Of a stretch of 64,000 nt of DNA, positions 12,708-27,791 are shown piece after piece; position 1 is the first letter of the stretch; every line of letters starts with the position of its first letter. A program made the translations under genes and the position numbers. The stretch comes from the human T2T-CHM13v2.0 reference genome, Homo sapiens. The notes beneath the pieces were generated by a model. It saw only the letters and a list, made by a program, of their open reading frames with translations, ran no database searches and was not told the origin of the DNA. The stretch lies in the NCBI RefSeq assembly GCF_009914755.1, contig NC_060938.1; one strand, given 5' to 3'.

Positions 12708-12730
12708 ATGTTTGCATTTGAAGAATTCAG
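12708..12730 (+). CDS. EVL: Alternative first coding exon of EVL, encoding MFAFEEF plus the first 2 nt of Ser (phase 2)
   Basis: gtcATG TTT GCA TTT GAA GAA TTC AG|gtatgt with a canonical donor at 12731. The peptide matches the recalled EVL isoform N-terminus MFAFEEFSEQSICQ. Same phase as the MATS exon and lies in repeat-free sequence. Confidence 0.85.
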
Positions 12731-13504
12731 GTATGTTCTGGGCTTTCTACATCAGTCTGCTGCTGGCTTTTTGTTCTCGCTAGGTTTTTGCTGTGTAATG
12801 ACAGCTTAGGCTCTGGCTGGTTCTCACAAAAAAAACAGGGTTCTTTTCAGCTTGTGGTGGGGTTTATCCCAGTCATGGGGGTGGGAGGTGCAGAGGTGGT
12901 GCAGGTCAGGGGTGTTTACTGTGTGCAGAAGTGCAGCGTGGATAATTGGTCTGATCATGGGTGAATTTGTCCAGGACCCCACCTTGTGCCTTATTTGAGC
13001 TGCTGTTGCTGGTGTAGAGTTGTGAATACAGAATAGCAACTGTGTGTCCAGAATGAGTCTCTTGCTATCTTTTGTTTTTCTTCCTTTGTCAACTCATGCA
13101 GTCTACTGCTCTTTTTAAAAAATGCTGATTGTAGCAGTGAAGGTGAAAAATTCTACAAGTCTGTCTGCATAGTTGAGATTTGATTTTGGCTCTTCTTGTC
13201 TTCATTATTTTTAGTAGTAATCTCATCGCCGGTCTGTTTTCTGGAAAGTGCCCTGATAGTGTTTTGTTAACAGGGCTCTTTGCTTTCGTATGCTTTTCAG
13301 CTGCTGTAATTATTAGTGCTCCAAATTAGATCTTTTGTGAATCTTACTCCCTCTCTTCTCCAGGAATCTATCCCTGTATATAAATGTGGGAAGGGATGTT
13401 CCAATAGAAGGAGTTTCTAAGAAATGAAAATAAAGGAGGCGGAATGGGAGGGTCATCAGATTCTTCTTGTGCATATTTCCACCTCTCTGGAACATATGGA
13501 AGAG

Positions 13505-13538
13505 AGTGTGTGTGTGTGTGCACGCACACACACACACT
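13505..13538. repeat. (TG)n directly followed by (CA)n (self-complementary microsatellite)
   Basis: agtgtgtgtgtgtgtg-cacgcacacacacacact. Confidence 0.9.
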
Positions 13539-14616
13539 TCCGACTTCTGAAAGCTTCTCATTTTTCAAATGCAATTTTTGTGCATTTTAGAACTGAGCAT
13601 AAATTCCATATTGATGGGCAAAGAGTGATTGTGCGGGAACCTCAGTTCTACCTCTATGGGCCTTTTTTATTCCTCCAAATGTTGCTGCGGTAGACATTAA
13701 AACAATAAGAGAATAACCACCTTTCATTCTTCTAAGAGAAAACTACAGACCTGTTAGCCAGTCAAGGGAGTAGATAAGAGGATCATTAGATCTCCACAAA
13801 GAAAAGTCGGACCGTAAAGGTCGTCCCCTGCCCTTTTCAGTAAACTTGATACTTTGGATTCAGGAAGTTATCCTTTGTTTAGTCGTGTGTCTCTGCATTA
13901 TTTCTAATGGCCTGGGTTTGCGACAAAGAAATTCTTTTTATGTGGCAGTGTGCTCTGGTGACATGGGCCCCTGCCCTTACAGAGTGACCAGAACTTTTAT
14001 AATAGCCCCATTAGATGACTAACAAGAATTTATATAATGTCTGGCGTGTTACAGTAGATAGGCCCCTGGGTTCTAATGTCTGTTTCAGAAGTAGCTTTTG
14101 TGATCCTTGTGAGAGTTATGGAAGCGTTCTGTAATTTGTAGAAAGTAGCGCAATTGCGTAGTTCACGTTTTATTGTTAGCATTTACTCTAGATGAAGTAC
14201 CCCTGTCTACCCTCTTGAACAGAGCTTGGAGCCTTTCATTACGTTTCATGGTTAGGGAAGAGGGTTATGTATGAACACATCCACTCGCATTGTGGTGGGC
14301 TTCTAATCTAAGGGTCAAGAGCTGGGTCTGATGAGGTGGGAGGGGGTTGAATTAAAGGCCATTGCACTGATTGAGAAAAGGGGGCTATCATTATGAAGGG
14401 TAGACCACAAAGGGGAGGGCTGTTACCTCTTGCTTCAAGCTTTTGCCTAAGCTGGCCCTGAAAAATTTTACTGGATGTGACTGCATTTTGTGACTGCTGC
14501 ATGGTGTCAGACAAATGGCTTTCTTCTCTAGTCATGGAGTTTGTGTATGTGGGGGCCCCGTGATCATGGTGGGGCAACACAGGGACTCTAGAGGTACCTG
14601 GCTTTTTAGCTTAGTT

Positions 14617-14806
14617 CAGTGGGGTTCTCTAGCTTTAGCATGCAGCAGAATCCCTGGAAAGCTCATTAAAACTCAGATTGCTGGACCCCACTCCCAGAAT
14701 TTCTCATTGAGTAGATCTGGGGCGAGGCCTAAGAATCTGTATTTCTAACAACTTCCCAGGTGAGTCTGATGCTGCAGATCTGGAGACCAGACTTAACAAC
14801 CATTGG
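14617..14806 (+). mobile_element. MER5A
   Basis: cagattgctggacccca…tttctaacaacttcccaggtga. Confidence 0.8.
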
Positions 14807-14960
14807 CTTAGGAAAAGCAGAAGATTACCTTCATGGAGATGGGAAGTTTGAGGCAAAGGCAGGGTGGAGGTACGGGTAAGAAAAATTGAGAGCAGACAGA
14901 AGCAGGTCAAGGACAGGTAGGTGAACCACCGGTCACTTGGGGAGGTTTTGCAGAGCAGTA

Positions 14961-15023
14961 AGATTATAAACCAAGTTCTCTGTTTCTTTGGGATGAGAAT
15001 CAGAGAACTTGGTTTTATAATCT
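14961..15023. repeat. 22/23-bp inverted repeat (hairpin)
   Basis: AGATTATAAACCAAGTTCTCTG (14961-14982) versus CAGAGAACTTGGTTTTATAATCT (15001-15023). Confidence 0.9.
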
Positions 15024-15160
15024 CGGTGCCGCTATGAACTAACTTGGTGGGCTTGGCAAGTCTCTTGATCTTTCTTAGTGTCAGCTGAAATGGGGAGAGT
15101 GATTCTCACCAAGAAACTCCATAACACTGTTAGAATTAAATGGGATAATATAAACTTTAT
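14995..15160 (+). mobile_element. MIR
   Basis: ggcttggcaagtctcttgatct…aaatgggga…agaattaaatgggataat. Confidence 0.6.
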
Positions 15161-15290
15161 GAATTACAGCAGTTCTTCCTACATGAATATAAAGGGGGAA
15201 GCACATCCTGGGGCCGGCTCCATCAGGTTATCCACACGTGCCTGTAGGCCTCGTTTGTGGACACGCTCCTCCACACATCCCCAGCCCTGA

Positions 15291-15770
<480 letters not shown>

Positions 15771-16238
15771 TAAGACCTTAATGAGCAGTTGGTACAGTGC
15801 ATTTTAACCAGAACTTAAGGAAAAGCAAGCAAGCTATCCAGCTAGCTCGGCACAGTCCTGAGGTCGGTGCCATGGTGCCACGTGGGCTGTTTTGTGTGCT
15901 GGTTCAGGAGAACGTGTGGAAAAGCTGATAACTGATCTCCTGAGAAAAGCGTGGTGTCCTCAGCACACCCCACTTGCTGGAGTGCCAGAGAAGTCATCAC
16001 GTTTCATTAAGGAATCCCTGCAGATGATCTCACTCCACTGAGCACTGATGGTTGTGATGATTTACTGCTGCCTGGGTCCCACGCCTAGAGAGTAATAGGA
16101 GCTTGAGAGGTTGGGCCAGTGTTTTACAGCTGCCTAGGGGATTTTTGTCTGCCATTGCCTACAAGACTATTGTTCTACCACCAGGCAAGCTGTTCTAGCT
16201 GGCTCTTGGGGTAGACACAGGTCACTTGTCCTTTTGCC

Positions 16239-16804
16239 CTTTTTTTTTTTTAATTTTTTTTTTTTGGAACACAGTCTCACTTTGTCACCTGGGTTGGCGT
16301 GCAGCGGCAGGATCTCAGCTCACTGCAACCTCCACATCCCAAGTTCAAGCAATTCTCCTGCCCTAGCCTCCTGAGCAGCTGGGATTACAAGTGCCCACCA
16401 CCAAGCCCGGCTAATTTTTTTTTTTTTTTTTTTTTTTTTGAGATGGAGTTTCGCTCTTGTCTCGGGCTCCAGCAATTCTCCTGTCTCAGCCTCCCGAGTA
16501 GCTGGGATTACAGGCATATGCCACCATGCCTGACTAATTTTGTATTTTTAGTAGAGACAGGGTTTTTCCATGTTGGTCAGGCTGGTCTCGAACTCCTGAC
16601 CTCAGGTGATCCCCCTGCCTCGGCCTCCCAAAGTGCTGGGATTACAGACATGAGCCACCGCACCTAGCCTAATTTTTGTAATTTTGTAGAGACGGGGTTC
16701 AACCATGTTGACCAGGCTGGTCTTGAACTCCTGACCTCAAGTAATCTGCCCACCTCAGCCTCCCAAAGTGCTGGGATTACAGGCATGAGCCACCGTACCC
16801 AGCC
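16239..16804 (-). mobile_element. Nested Alus: an internally deleted AluS (16415-16669) inserted into the A-rich linker of another AluS
   Basis: Outer right arm 16239-16414, outer left arm 16670-16804; TAATTTTT repeated on both sides of the inner element. Confidence 0.85.
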
Positions 16805-17619
16805 TCCTTTTGCCTTTTTTAAAAACTTTCTTAGACATCCTTCTACTGAACTGAAAGTTTTAAATAAACATTTGCCTGTTTCTACACACCACAGAGACTG
16901 TCTTGAGCATTTTGTGAAATACCATGTAGTTTTCCTTCTACCTCTGGACCCAGAACAGTGCCTACATTTCCTTACCACCCCAGAATGAAGAGTTTTAAAT
17001 GTGACTTTTTCCCCCATAATCCGTCAAGCAAGAATGGAGCCCAAATCAGAGACTTCTGTTTCTCAGAACTCCTGGTATTTGACTTATTCCGATTTATTTC
17101 CGGGAGGAATGTAGTGTACCAAGATCTGAAATCCACAATTGCTATTTGTTAGTCACGTGAAAATGGAAGTTACTATTTTGAGTCTGTTTTATTTTTAAAC
17201 AAAAACATCATGGAAGGGTTTGAAGTTCAAACTCTAACCAACTTTCTTTATTAATTCAAATTTATATCTACTCTTGGGAAATGTGATGGTTTTTCTTGCC
17301 CTTTCACTGGAATATTGAAACAAGTCAAAATGAGTAGTATTGGGGAAGACTTGAAGATGGCAAGGCTAAAGAACCATCCAAGTGTCAAGAGCCCAAGCCA
17401 GCTTGGTCTCTCTCATTTTCCAGGCTCCTGTAGTACCTTGAAGAAACAGATGTTTAGTACATTGATCTGAGCTGAGGAAATAAGTCTCAGATGAACAGGA
17501 GGTAGAGACTGGGCCAGGCAGGGAAGGGGAAGGAAAAGAACCTTGATCATTGAATACCTGCTGTGTGCCAATCACTGCTGATTGCTTTGCCCAAGGTAAC
17601 TTTAACTCACATAAATGAA

Positions 17620-18665
17620 ATGGACTCTCTCCTCCATACCACTCTAGCCACGTGGGCCTTGTGCTCCTCCTCTAGACCTCTTCACTGGTTGTATCTCTGC
17701 CTGGATTGCCCTGCCCCCAGGCAGCCATGTGGCTTGCTGGAGATGAAAACACAGTCCACATCAGAACTTGTCCTAAACTCTGGGCCCATATATCCATCTG
17801 CTTGTTTGATGTCACTACTGGAAGCCTAATTAGGCATCTCAAACATGTCTAACACGGTTCTCCAGCTCTTTCCTGTCCTTTCTTCAGTCTTCCGCAGCCC
17901 AGTCAGCGGCAGCTCCGCAACTCCTTCCTTCTAGTTGTTCAGTCATTCTTGACCCCTTTCTCCTACTCTCCACATCTCGTCTCTCATCCATCAAGCAGTC
18001 CTACCAGCTCTGTCTCAGAATATACACCAAATCCAACCACTTCCTACTGGCTCTACTACCACCAGCCTTGTCCAAATGCCAGCATCTGAATTGCTGCAGT
18101 AGCATTGTAACTGCCCTCCAAGCTTTCTGCCCTGTTCTCTAGTCTCAATTTTTCACCCATTTTCCTTTTTAAGATAAGAAGTCAAATCATGTCACTCCTG
18201 TTCTCAAACCACCCACCTCCCCTCCCAGTAACTTCCCACTTCACTGAGAGTGAGAGCACAAGCTCCTTTAATGGCTTACCAGGCCTGCTCAGCCTGGCCC
18301 TCTTATCAGATTCCATCTCTAACAGCACCCTGTCTCCTCCACACCACTCTAGCCTTACCAGCTTGTGCTGTTCCTTGAACACACCAGGCTGCCTCCTCCT
18401 TGAGGCCTGTGCACTGACAGTCTCTGCCTGGATTGCTCTGCCCCCAGGTGGCCACGTGGCTTATGCCCTGGTCTCTTCCAGGTCTCTACTCAGATGTTAC
18501 CCTGACCTGTCTTTTTAATATCCCTCTCCCCACAATGGGCACTCCCTTTCTTTTTACTCTGCTTTATTTTTTGCCAGATCACATATCACCATCTATATAC
18601 TGTAGCTTTAAATTTTATATTTGTTATTGTTTACCTCCCTTAGCAGAACCTAAGTGCCACAAGGA
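17620..18665 (+). mobile_element. L2 fragments
   Basis: aatccaaccacttcct, atcatgtcactcctg, ccttgaacacaccagg motifs. Confidence 0.7.
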
Positions 18666-18688
18666 TAGGTTTTTAAAAATACACAGTT

Positions 18689-19406
<718 letters not shown>

Positions 19407-20130
19407 TTAAAGTCACCCAGCTGTTAAGGGAATCAGTCAGTTTCAGTTCAGTCCCTCTTTCCCAGATACTATGTGCCTGAAATGCCATCCTATAAATTGA
19501 CCCTGTGTCTTAACCATCAGCCCAACCTTTCAGTCTTTCCTGTGGGCTCAGAGCTTGTCGTGGTGCCTGGCACGTGCTCCACAGATGTAGGAAAAGTAGG
19601 GAACTTCTAGAAAAGGAGCAGAGGGCTTGGGGTAGAATGACCTACCCTCCTCCCAGTTCCCACGGCTCTTCCATCCCATCTCTGTGTAGTGCTTACTACT
19701 GTGTAGTTGTATGATTATTAGTTTCTCTCACATCTTCTTCTCTACCAAAGCATGAGCTCCTTGAGGTCAGAGAGAAGGTCGTCATCTTGTATCCCTACCA
19801 ACTACTGCTGACAGCATACTCTCAGCTCTGGGACGTATTATTAAATGTCTGATAATGAAAATACTTTGAATTAAGTAAGTCACAGTCCCTAACTGTGGGA
19901 GCTATGATCCCTCTCTGTCTTGGATCCCCGGGGCCTGTTGGAATCTACAACCATGTGGATCTTTGATAGATGATGGTGGGAGCACTGGTTGGTGGAAGAA
20001 TGCAGAGGGCAGACAGACCAGGGAGAGAGAATAGAGCAGGTAAGACAGGGATGGACAGACCTCATTGACTTGACAGTTTCACCTGGTGTCCATCTGACAA
20101 GCCAAAAGCAAGGTGTTATTTGGGGAAACA

Positions 20131-21505
<1,375 letters not shown>

Positions 21506-21573
21506 GCACTGGGAAGCAGATAATTTAGTTGTTAGGATGGCAAAGCAGATATACTTAAAAATAACAATCTATC

Positions 21574-21861
<288 letters not shown>

Positions 21862-22429
21862 CTATTCTTCATTATTAAATAAGCGTGCAGTTGTTGAGTT
21901 TTACTCAAAGTGAGGCAGTGTTGTAGATCTAGAGTCCCAATATCTGGCTCCATTTCCTACAAAAGAAATGTAAGCTATGACTGTCACTTTATTTCTCTAG
22001 GCCTTAGTTACCTCACATATAGCAAAAGGACTATTTTGAGGATAATGTATAGGAAAGAAGTGTATAAATTATAAAACATTGCTGTATTGTTTGTATATTT
22101 TACATTTTGTAATCAGTGAAAGTTTAATCAGTTAATGTTTAACAGATTCAAATGCCGTGTTTTAAAACAGTTTCTGTTATCTCCCATTCCTCTTTGCTTA
22201 GTGTAATAGTAGTTGCTTATGCTAATAACAAAAGAAAACAAAGAGGAAGAATTTAGCTGGGCTTCCCAGAGGAGTGAGTCCTGGAACAGAATACCAACTT
22301 GGGTCTCTATGTCTCCTGCTGACTACTTAGGGTAGTTGCAAACATATCCTCAACTATGTTGGTTCTGAAAAGTCAGGCAATGGGTCATTTTGGAGGTAGG
22401 GATGTGGGAGGGCCCTTTTGATACTAGGA

Positions 22430-22810
22430 TAACCATTCATTGAACAAATACTTCCAGAACATCTACTCAATATAAGCCACAGTAGAAAATGTAAATATGT
22501 GTAATCCTTAGTCCTGCCTCCAGGAACACTGTCCTCAAGAGGTGTGGAACAGACAGACCAAAAGCATGGAGTAGCAGGTAGCAAAGATAATACTAACATA
22601 GGAGATTGGGATAGATTCCATAGGGATACAGATAACGTGCTGTGGCCGGGAGGTGGACACAGTTTTGCTGTATAAAAGTTAAAAGAGATTTTCAGGAGGA
22701 AGCATCTGTGGGAGTGAGCCTTGGAGGGTATAGGATTGGGGTGGATGAAAATCAAGACAAGGGCTGTTAGTAGGTGTGCGGGAGCTGAGGTATAGGAACA
22801 GGGGGACAGT
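22430..22810 (-). mobile_element. L2 fragment
   Basis: cattcattgaacaaatact…agtcctgcctccagga. Confidence 0.55.
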
Positions 22811-23138
22811 GTGCTCTTAGCCATGCTTTAGCTGATTGAGGGGAGAGTTTTTGCTGTCTTCTCAGGGTATAACCCAGGTCCATTTTGTCCTTTCCCTGTG
22901 ACTGGTGACTTCTCTGCCCTGAAGTTGGCTACTCTGCAGAGATAAACATTTTCACCTCTGGGGAATAAGTAGTAGTGATGGGAAATCCTACTAGGTGTTT
23001 TGCCATGCTGCTAGCACCTTGACTTTTCTTATCACCTTGAGCAATTACTTAAGTTCTCTGTGCCTTGGTTGCCTTACCTGTAAAATGGGACTATTACCAA
23101 TCTCTGACAGTTACTATGCTAATTAAATGAGATTACCT

Positions 23139-23444
23139 TTTTTTTTTTTTTTGAGGTGGAGTTTCGTTCTTGTTGCCCAGGCTGGGGTACAGTGGCGCAA
23201 TCTCAGCTCACTGCAACCTCCGCCTCCTGGGTTCAGTAATTCACCTACCGCAGCCTCCCAAGTAGCTGGGATTACAGACATGTGCCACCACGCCCGGCTA
23301 TTTTTTTTTTTCTTTTGTATTTTTAGTAGAGATAGAGTTTCTCCATGTTGGTCAGCCTGCTCTCAAACTCCCGACCTCAGGTGATCCGCCTGCCTCAGCC
23401 TCCCAAAGGGTTGGGATTATAGGCGTGAGCCACCGCGCCCGGCC
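23139..23444 (-). mobile_element. AluS inserted in a MIR, TSD GAGATTACCT
   Basis: TSD at 23129-23138 and 23445-23454; MIR core at 23030-23130. Confidence 0.9.
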
Positions 23445-24193
23445 GAGATTACCTCTATAAAGCATTTAGATACTCAATAAATTAATTCTTTTAATTTACT
23501 GTAAGCAGCAAAGCATTTTATAGACACTTATCCTGGATTAGAAATTGCATGGGAGCCAGGAAAAAGGCTGATACATTCTCCAGCTAGAGTACTTCTAGTC
23601 TTCCCCTCTCCCTGAGCGTTCAGACTCAGAATGCCAGAAATCAGTCCTTGGAAGATAATCATGTTTGCTACTGAAATGTTTATGACACAGTGAACGAAAC
23701 ATGGTGTGACTAATCAGCTGAGAGCTTGGATCTTGGCTTGGTTTGCATGCAAATTCCCTGGTCTGAGAGATTAATAAGTTCCTTGCAGTTGACAAACTGG
23801 GACTACAGTGTTTTCTGGCTAACTGTGATAATACAACCAGAGCCCACCACCAAGTGACCCCTGGTTCTCTGAGTCTGCAGTGCTTCTGTACTCAGGCCAC
23901 AGCCCATTGCATTATTCATTGTTGTACGTTTCTCCGTGTCCTATTTCATTATCCTTGGAGCCTAGTGTGATCAGTAAGTGTCTGTTGAACTAACTAGGAC
24001 TACACGGGACAACTATGACGTATGAGGTCTCTTCCGTGTAGGGAAGAGTGAATTACAAGTGAGAACTCAGTGAAGAGCACCCTTCCAACAATTGTAGCTA
24101 TGATGTGATATATTCTGGGGTGGTTCTCCTGGACAGCAAGAGAATCAACTAAAGAGCTTTCAAGAGTGACTTTCAACTTGGGAAATCTATGTA

Positions 24194-24350
24194 ATGTTTC
24201 TCAACTGGGAAGGCCCATTGCAATCTAAAGACAGGTGCCCAGGCCACTCCTCAAACCTCTTAAGTCCAAATATGTGCAGGTGAAACCCAGACATGTGCAC
24301 TGTTTAAAGTTCCACTGATGATTCTGATGTACACACCTCGTTGGAGTTCA
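24194..24350. mobile_element. MER5-type hAT fragment
   Basis: tttctcaact…aaagttccactgatgattctgatgt. Confidence 0.5.
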
Positions 24351-26339
24351 CGGGAAGAACCTCAGCTTGGGAACCTGGAAACCCTAGGTTCTAATGATGC
24401 TGCGTTAGTTTATGTAAGTCACATAACTTCATTGGGATAAAATAGGAATAATATTTTATTTGCAGAGATGTTCAGAGAGGAGAATGGCCATGTGTGAGCT
24501 TTCATAATCAAGAGCACTGGAAAATGAAAAGTGCTATAACATGCTTTTGAATTCCACTGGCACCTCTGAAGGCAGATTGAACCTAGATGTGTTAGAAGTG
24601 TGGCTTGTACAGACTACAATGTTTGATCTAGAACTTATGCTGGTTCGTGGTCTTTCCTGGGTTTGATACTCAGTGACTAGTCACTGGGCTCCTCAGGGCA
24701 TTTCGTAATAATTTACAGACATGAAGAATTCTTTTCACTCCAGTCAGCCAGTTCAGATCCTTCCAGATGCCAGGGTTGACTCACACTGCATTCTTTGTGA
24801 CTACTCTGCCCCCCATCTTCATCAGCACGAGTGCTAGAAGAGAGAAAAGACGATTTACTTTCACTTGTTGTGTGGCCCTGGGAGAAACAGGAACACTTGG
24901 AGCTCTTTCCTTTTTGAAAATCAACTCTGGGTCCCATGTGCACAGACTGCACACCAGAGACACCAAGGAAGAGAACCAGGAGCAAGGAAGATGAGCGCCC
25001 CCTCGCAGGGCTCCCCTGCCTAGTTTTTCGGAAGTTACCACTCTTATTCATTTTTCACTGTATCTGCTAGATCAGACAACTGTGTATCAAGTCAAGATAG
25101 AGGCTTCCTAAGAGAGGTGATAAAAGAGATGGATAAAAGTGGTGGTTGGATGTATTTTTATGAGCAGGGCAATGAAACATTCTGTGATTTAAGAAGTGCA
25201 CTCAGTGATGAAATTCCTTTTCCTGGAGAGAGGATGCATGCAAATCAAATGTACCTTGGAGCACTTCCAAAGCCACAGAATGAAGATTGTGTACTTTTAT
25301 TCTCCACCTTTTTGGGGAGTGAAGGAATAGAGATTCCTAAGGAAGAGAAGGTTGACACGTTTTGCTACAGTTGATAAAATTCTTGTTTGTTGTCCTGGGC
25401 TGCTTGGTTGGGGCATTCATGATTATCAGATCCCTGGTATGAACAAAATACTAATCAATTCATCCCTACCCATGACCGAATGCTTAAACACAGCTTGCTT
25501 CATAGAAAGGTGGGATGAGAGGATGGTATCCCAGTACTTTGTGGATATAAAATTCTGTCCATTGCCAGGACGGCTTTTCATTGTTTTCTACAGGTGGAGC
25601 CCTCCATGGTCTGGCTGCGGTCTCTTGAAGCTTGGCTCCTTCCGCTCCAAAAAAATGATTTAGTCTGGATCTGCACTCACCACTTTGCTTCCCCATTTCC
25701 AAACCTTTTTTTCTTTCCATGAAATCCTCTAAAACCCAGCCCTGTGCATGCAGTATTTCTTCAGGAAGCCTTTTCTGACCTCTACAGCCCACAAAATTTC
25801 TCTTTTTTCTGAACTCTCCTATAACACTTAAGGTATATAATAAACAATCTGATATTTAATTTCCTCTATCTTATCCTCTTAACTAGATTGAGGGTTACTT
25901 GAAGGCATCTGTCACAGTTGAGCAGAGCTGGACACATGTTGGCTTCTCAGCACTCTTTGTTTATTCATTTTTATTACCTTTTTTTTTTTAACCTCCTGCA
26001 TTATCCTTGTCATGTCACAGGCCCTAGAAGAGGAAATGGCAGTAAAGAGGACAGTTGCTGCCTTTTTGATGTCTGTTCATTTCTAAGCATGAAGGCTTTT
26101 GGGGATTTTGATGGAAGTGCTGAATCCAGTGAGCAACATCTGTTTGTGGATGGGAAAGATCAGCCGGAAAGACTAAAAGGGCCGAATGGTAGATTTTCAA
26201 AGCTGTAGGGATTGACAAAAGGGTTTGAGTTAGTAAAAACCCATGTGAAGTTTTAAAAGTCCTTACATATATAAATTAAGCACTTCTGATTCTTCTAGAT
26301 TCCTATACAAACAAGGTAACACACTTTCAAATGTGCCTG

Positions 26340-26570
26340 CTGTACTGTGGGCACTTTTGTTATCACATCTAATTTTCACAGTAATCCTATGAACACCAGT
26401 CAAAAGCAGATTCTAGAGGCAGGTGGTTACATTATTATTACCATTTTACCTAAGAGGCTCCTAAGATTCAGAGAGGTTAAATCACCTCCTCAAAGTCACA
26501 CTGCTTAAGTGGCAAAGCTAGGATTTGGATCTGTATCTTCTAACTAAAAAGTCAACATTTGTTTTCATCA
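26340..26570 (-). mobile_element. MIR
   Basis: cagagaggttaaatcacctcctcaaagtcacac. Confidence 0.6.
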
Positions 26571-26699
26571 TTCCATAGCTGCTTTCTACCCTAATTTTGT
26601 AAAACAAGGAAAACCTGTTGGGTATTCTAGCAATGTTTGTTTTATATAATGTTTTATTGAATAAGTGGCTCTCTCACACTTACTGAACTTGACTATGAT

Positions 26700-26905
26700 C
26701 AGTGTAACCTGCTAAGTACTTTATATGCATAAGCATATGTACTTGTAGCCTTATAAGAGCCCTATGAGATAGCTGCTCTTGTTGTCATGTCCATTTTACA
26801 GATGAAGAAAGTGAGTCATATGCTGGTTTAAAAACTTATCCAGCATCACACAGAGCTGGCATTTGAACCCAAGACCATCAGACTCTGGAACCTGTGTTTT
26901 GACTG
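26700..26905 (-). mobile_element. MIR
   Basis: ccattttacagatgaagaaagtgag…atttgaaccca. Confidence 0.7.
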
Positions 26906-26986
26906 CTGTTTTAGTCATACACAAGACTTCGTGGGAAAAACAAAACAAAAACAAGAAGTCCTGTGGTCAGTTTAAGAAGAACTGTA

Positions 26987-27310
26987 GGCCGGGCATGGTG
27001 GCTCATGTCTGTAATCCCAGAACTTCAGGAGGCCGAGGTGGGCGGATCACCTGAGGTCAGGAGTTCAAGACCAGCCTGGGCAACATGGCAAAACCCCGTC
27101 TCTACTAAAAATACAAACAAAAAACAAAAAAAAACAGGCGTGGTGATGGGTGCCTATAATCCCAGCTACTCAGGAGGCCGAGGCATGAGAATTGCTTGAA
27201 ACCAAGAGTGGAGGTTGCAATGAGCTGAAATCACGCCACTGCACTCTAGCCTGGGCAACAGAGCTAGAATCTGTCTCAAAAAAAAAAAAAAAAGAAAAAG
27301 AAAAGAAAAA
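26987..27310 (+). mobile_element. AluSx-like
   Basis: Full-length sense Alu. Confidence 0.9.
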
Positions 27311-27535
27311 TTATAATCACCCCTGCCCCGAAAAAGACAGTACATAGTAGCATGAAGGGTCTGAGAAGTCTTATGGGAAGGGGAATGTTGATTTTGCCCC
27401 CTGAGTTTCCCACATATTAAACATAACACTTAATTTTGAGTTTACATTCTAGAAAACACTGCTTGCCATAGTGGAAGGAGAATCTGGACCTGGCAATTAG
27501 AAGAGTAAGGAAGAAGAAAATCTTTAGGTCAAAAT

Positions 27536-27791
27536 GAATCCCAACACTTTGGAAGGTTGAAGTGGGAGGATCACTTGAGGCAAGGAGTTTGAGACCAGAG
27601 CAAGACCCTGTCTCTACCAAAAAAAAAAATTAACCGGGCATGGTGGTACATGCTTGTGGGCCCAGCTAATCAGGAGGCTGAGGCAAAAAAGATCATGTGA
27701 GCCCAGAAATTCGAGGCTACAGTAAACAATGAGCATGCCATTGCATTCCAGCCTGGGTGACAGAGTGAGACCCCAACTCTTTAAAAAAAAA
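27536..27791 (+). mobile_element. AluJ, 5'-truncated and internally deleted
   Basis: J-type right arm. Confidence 0.8.
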
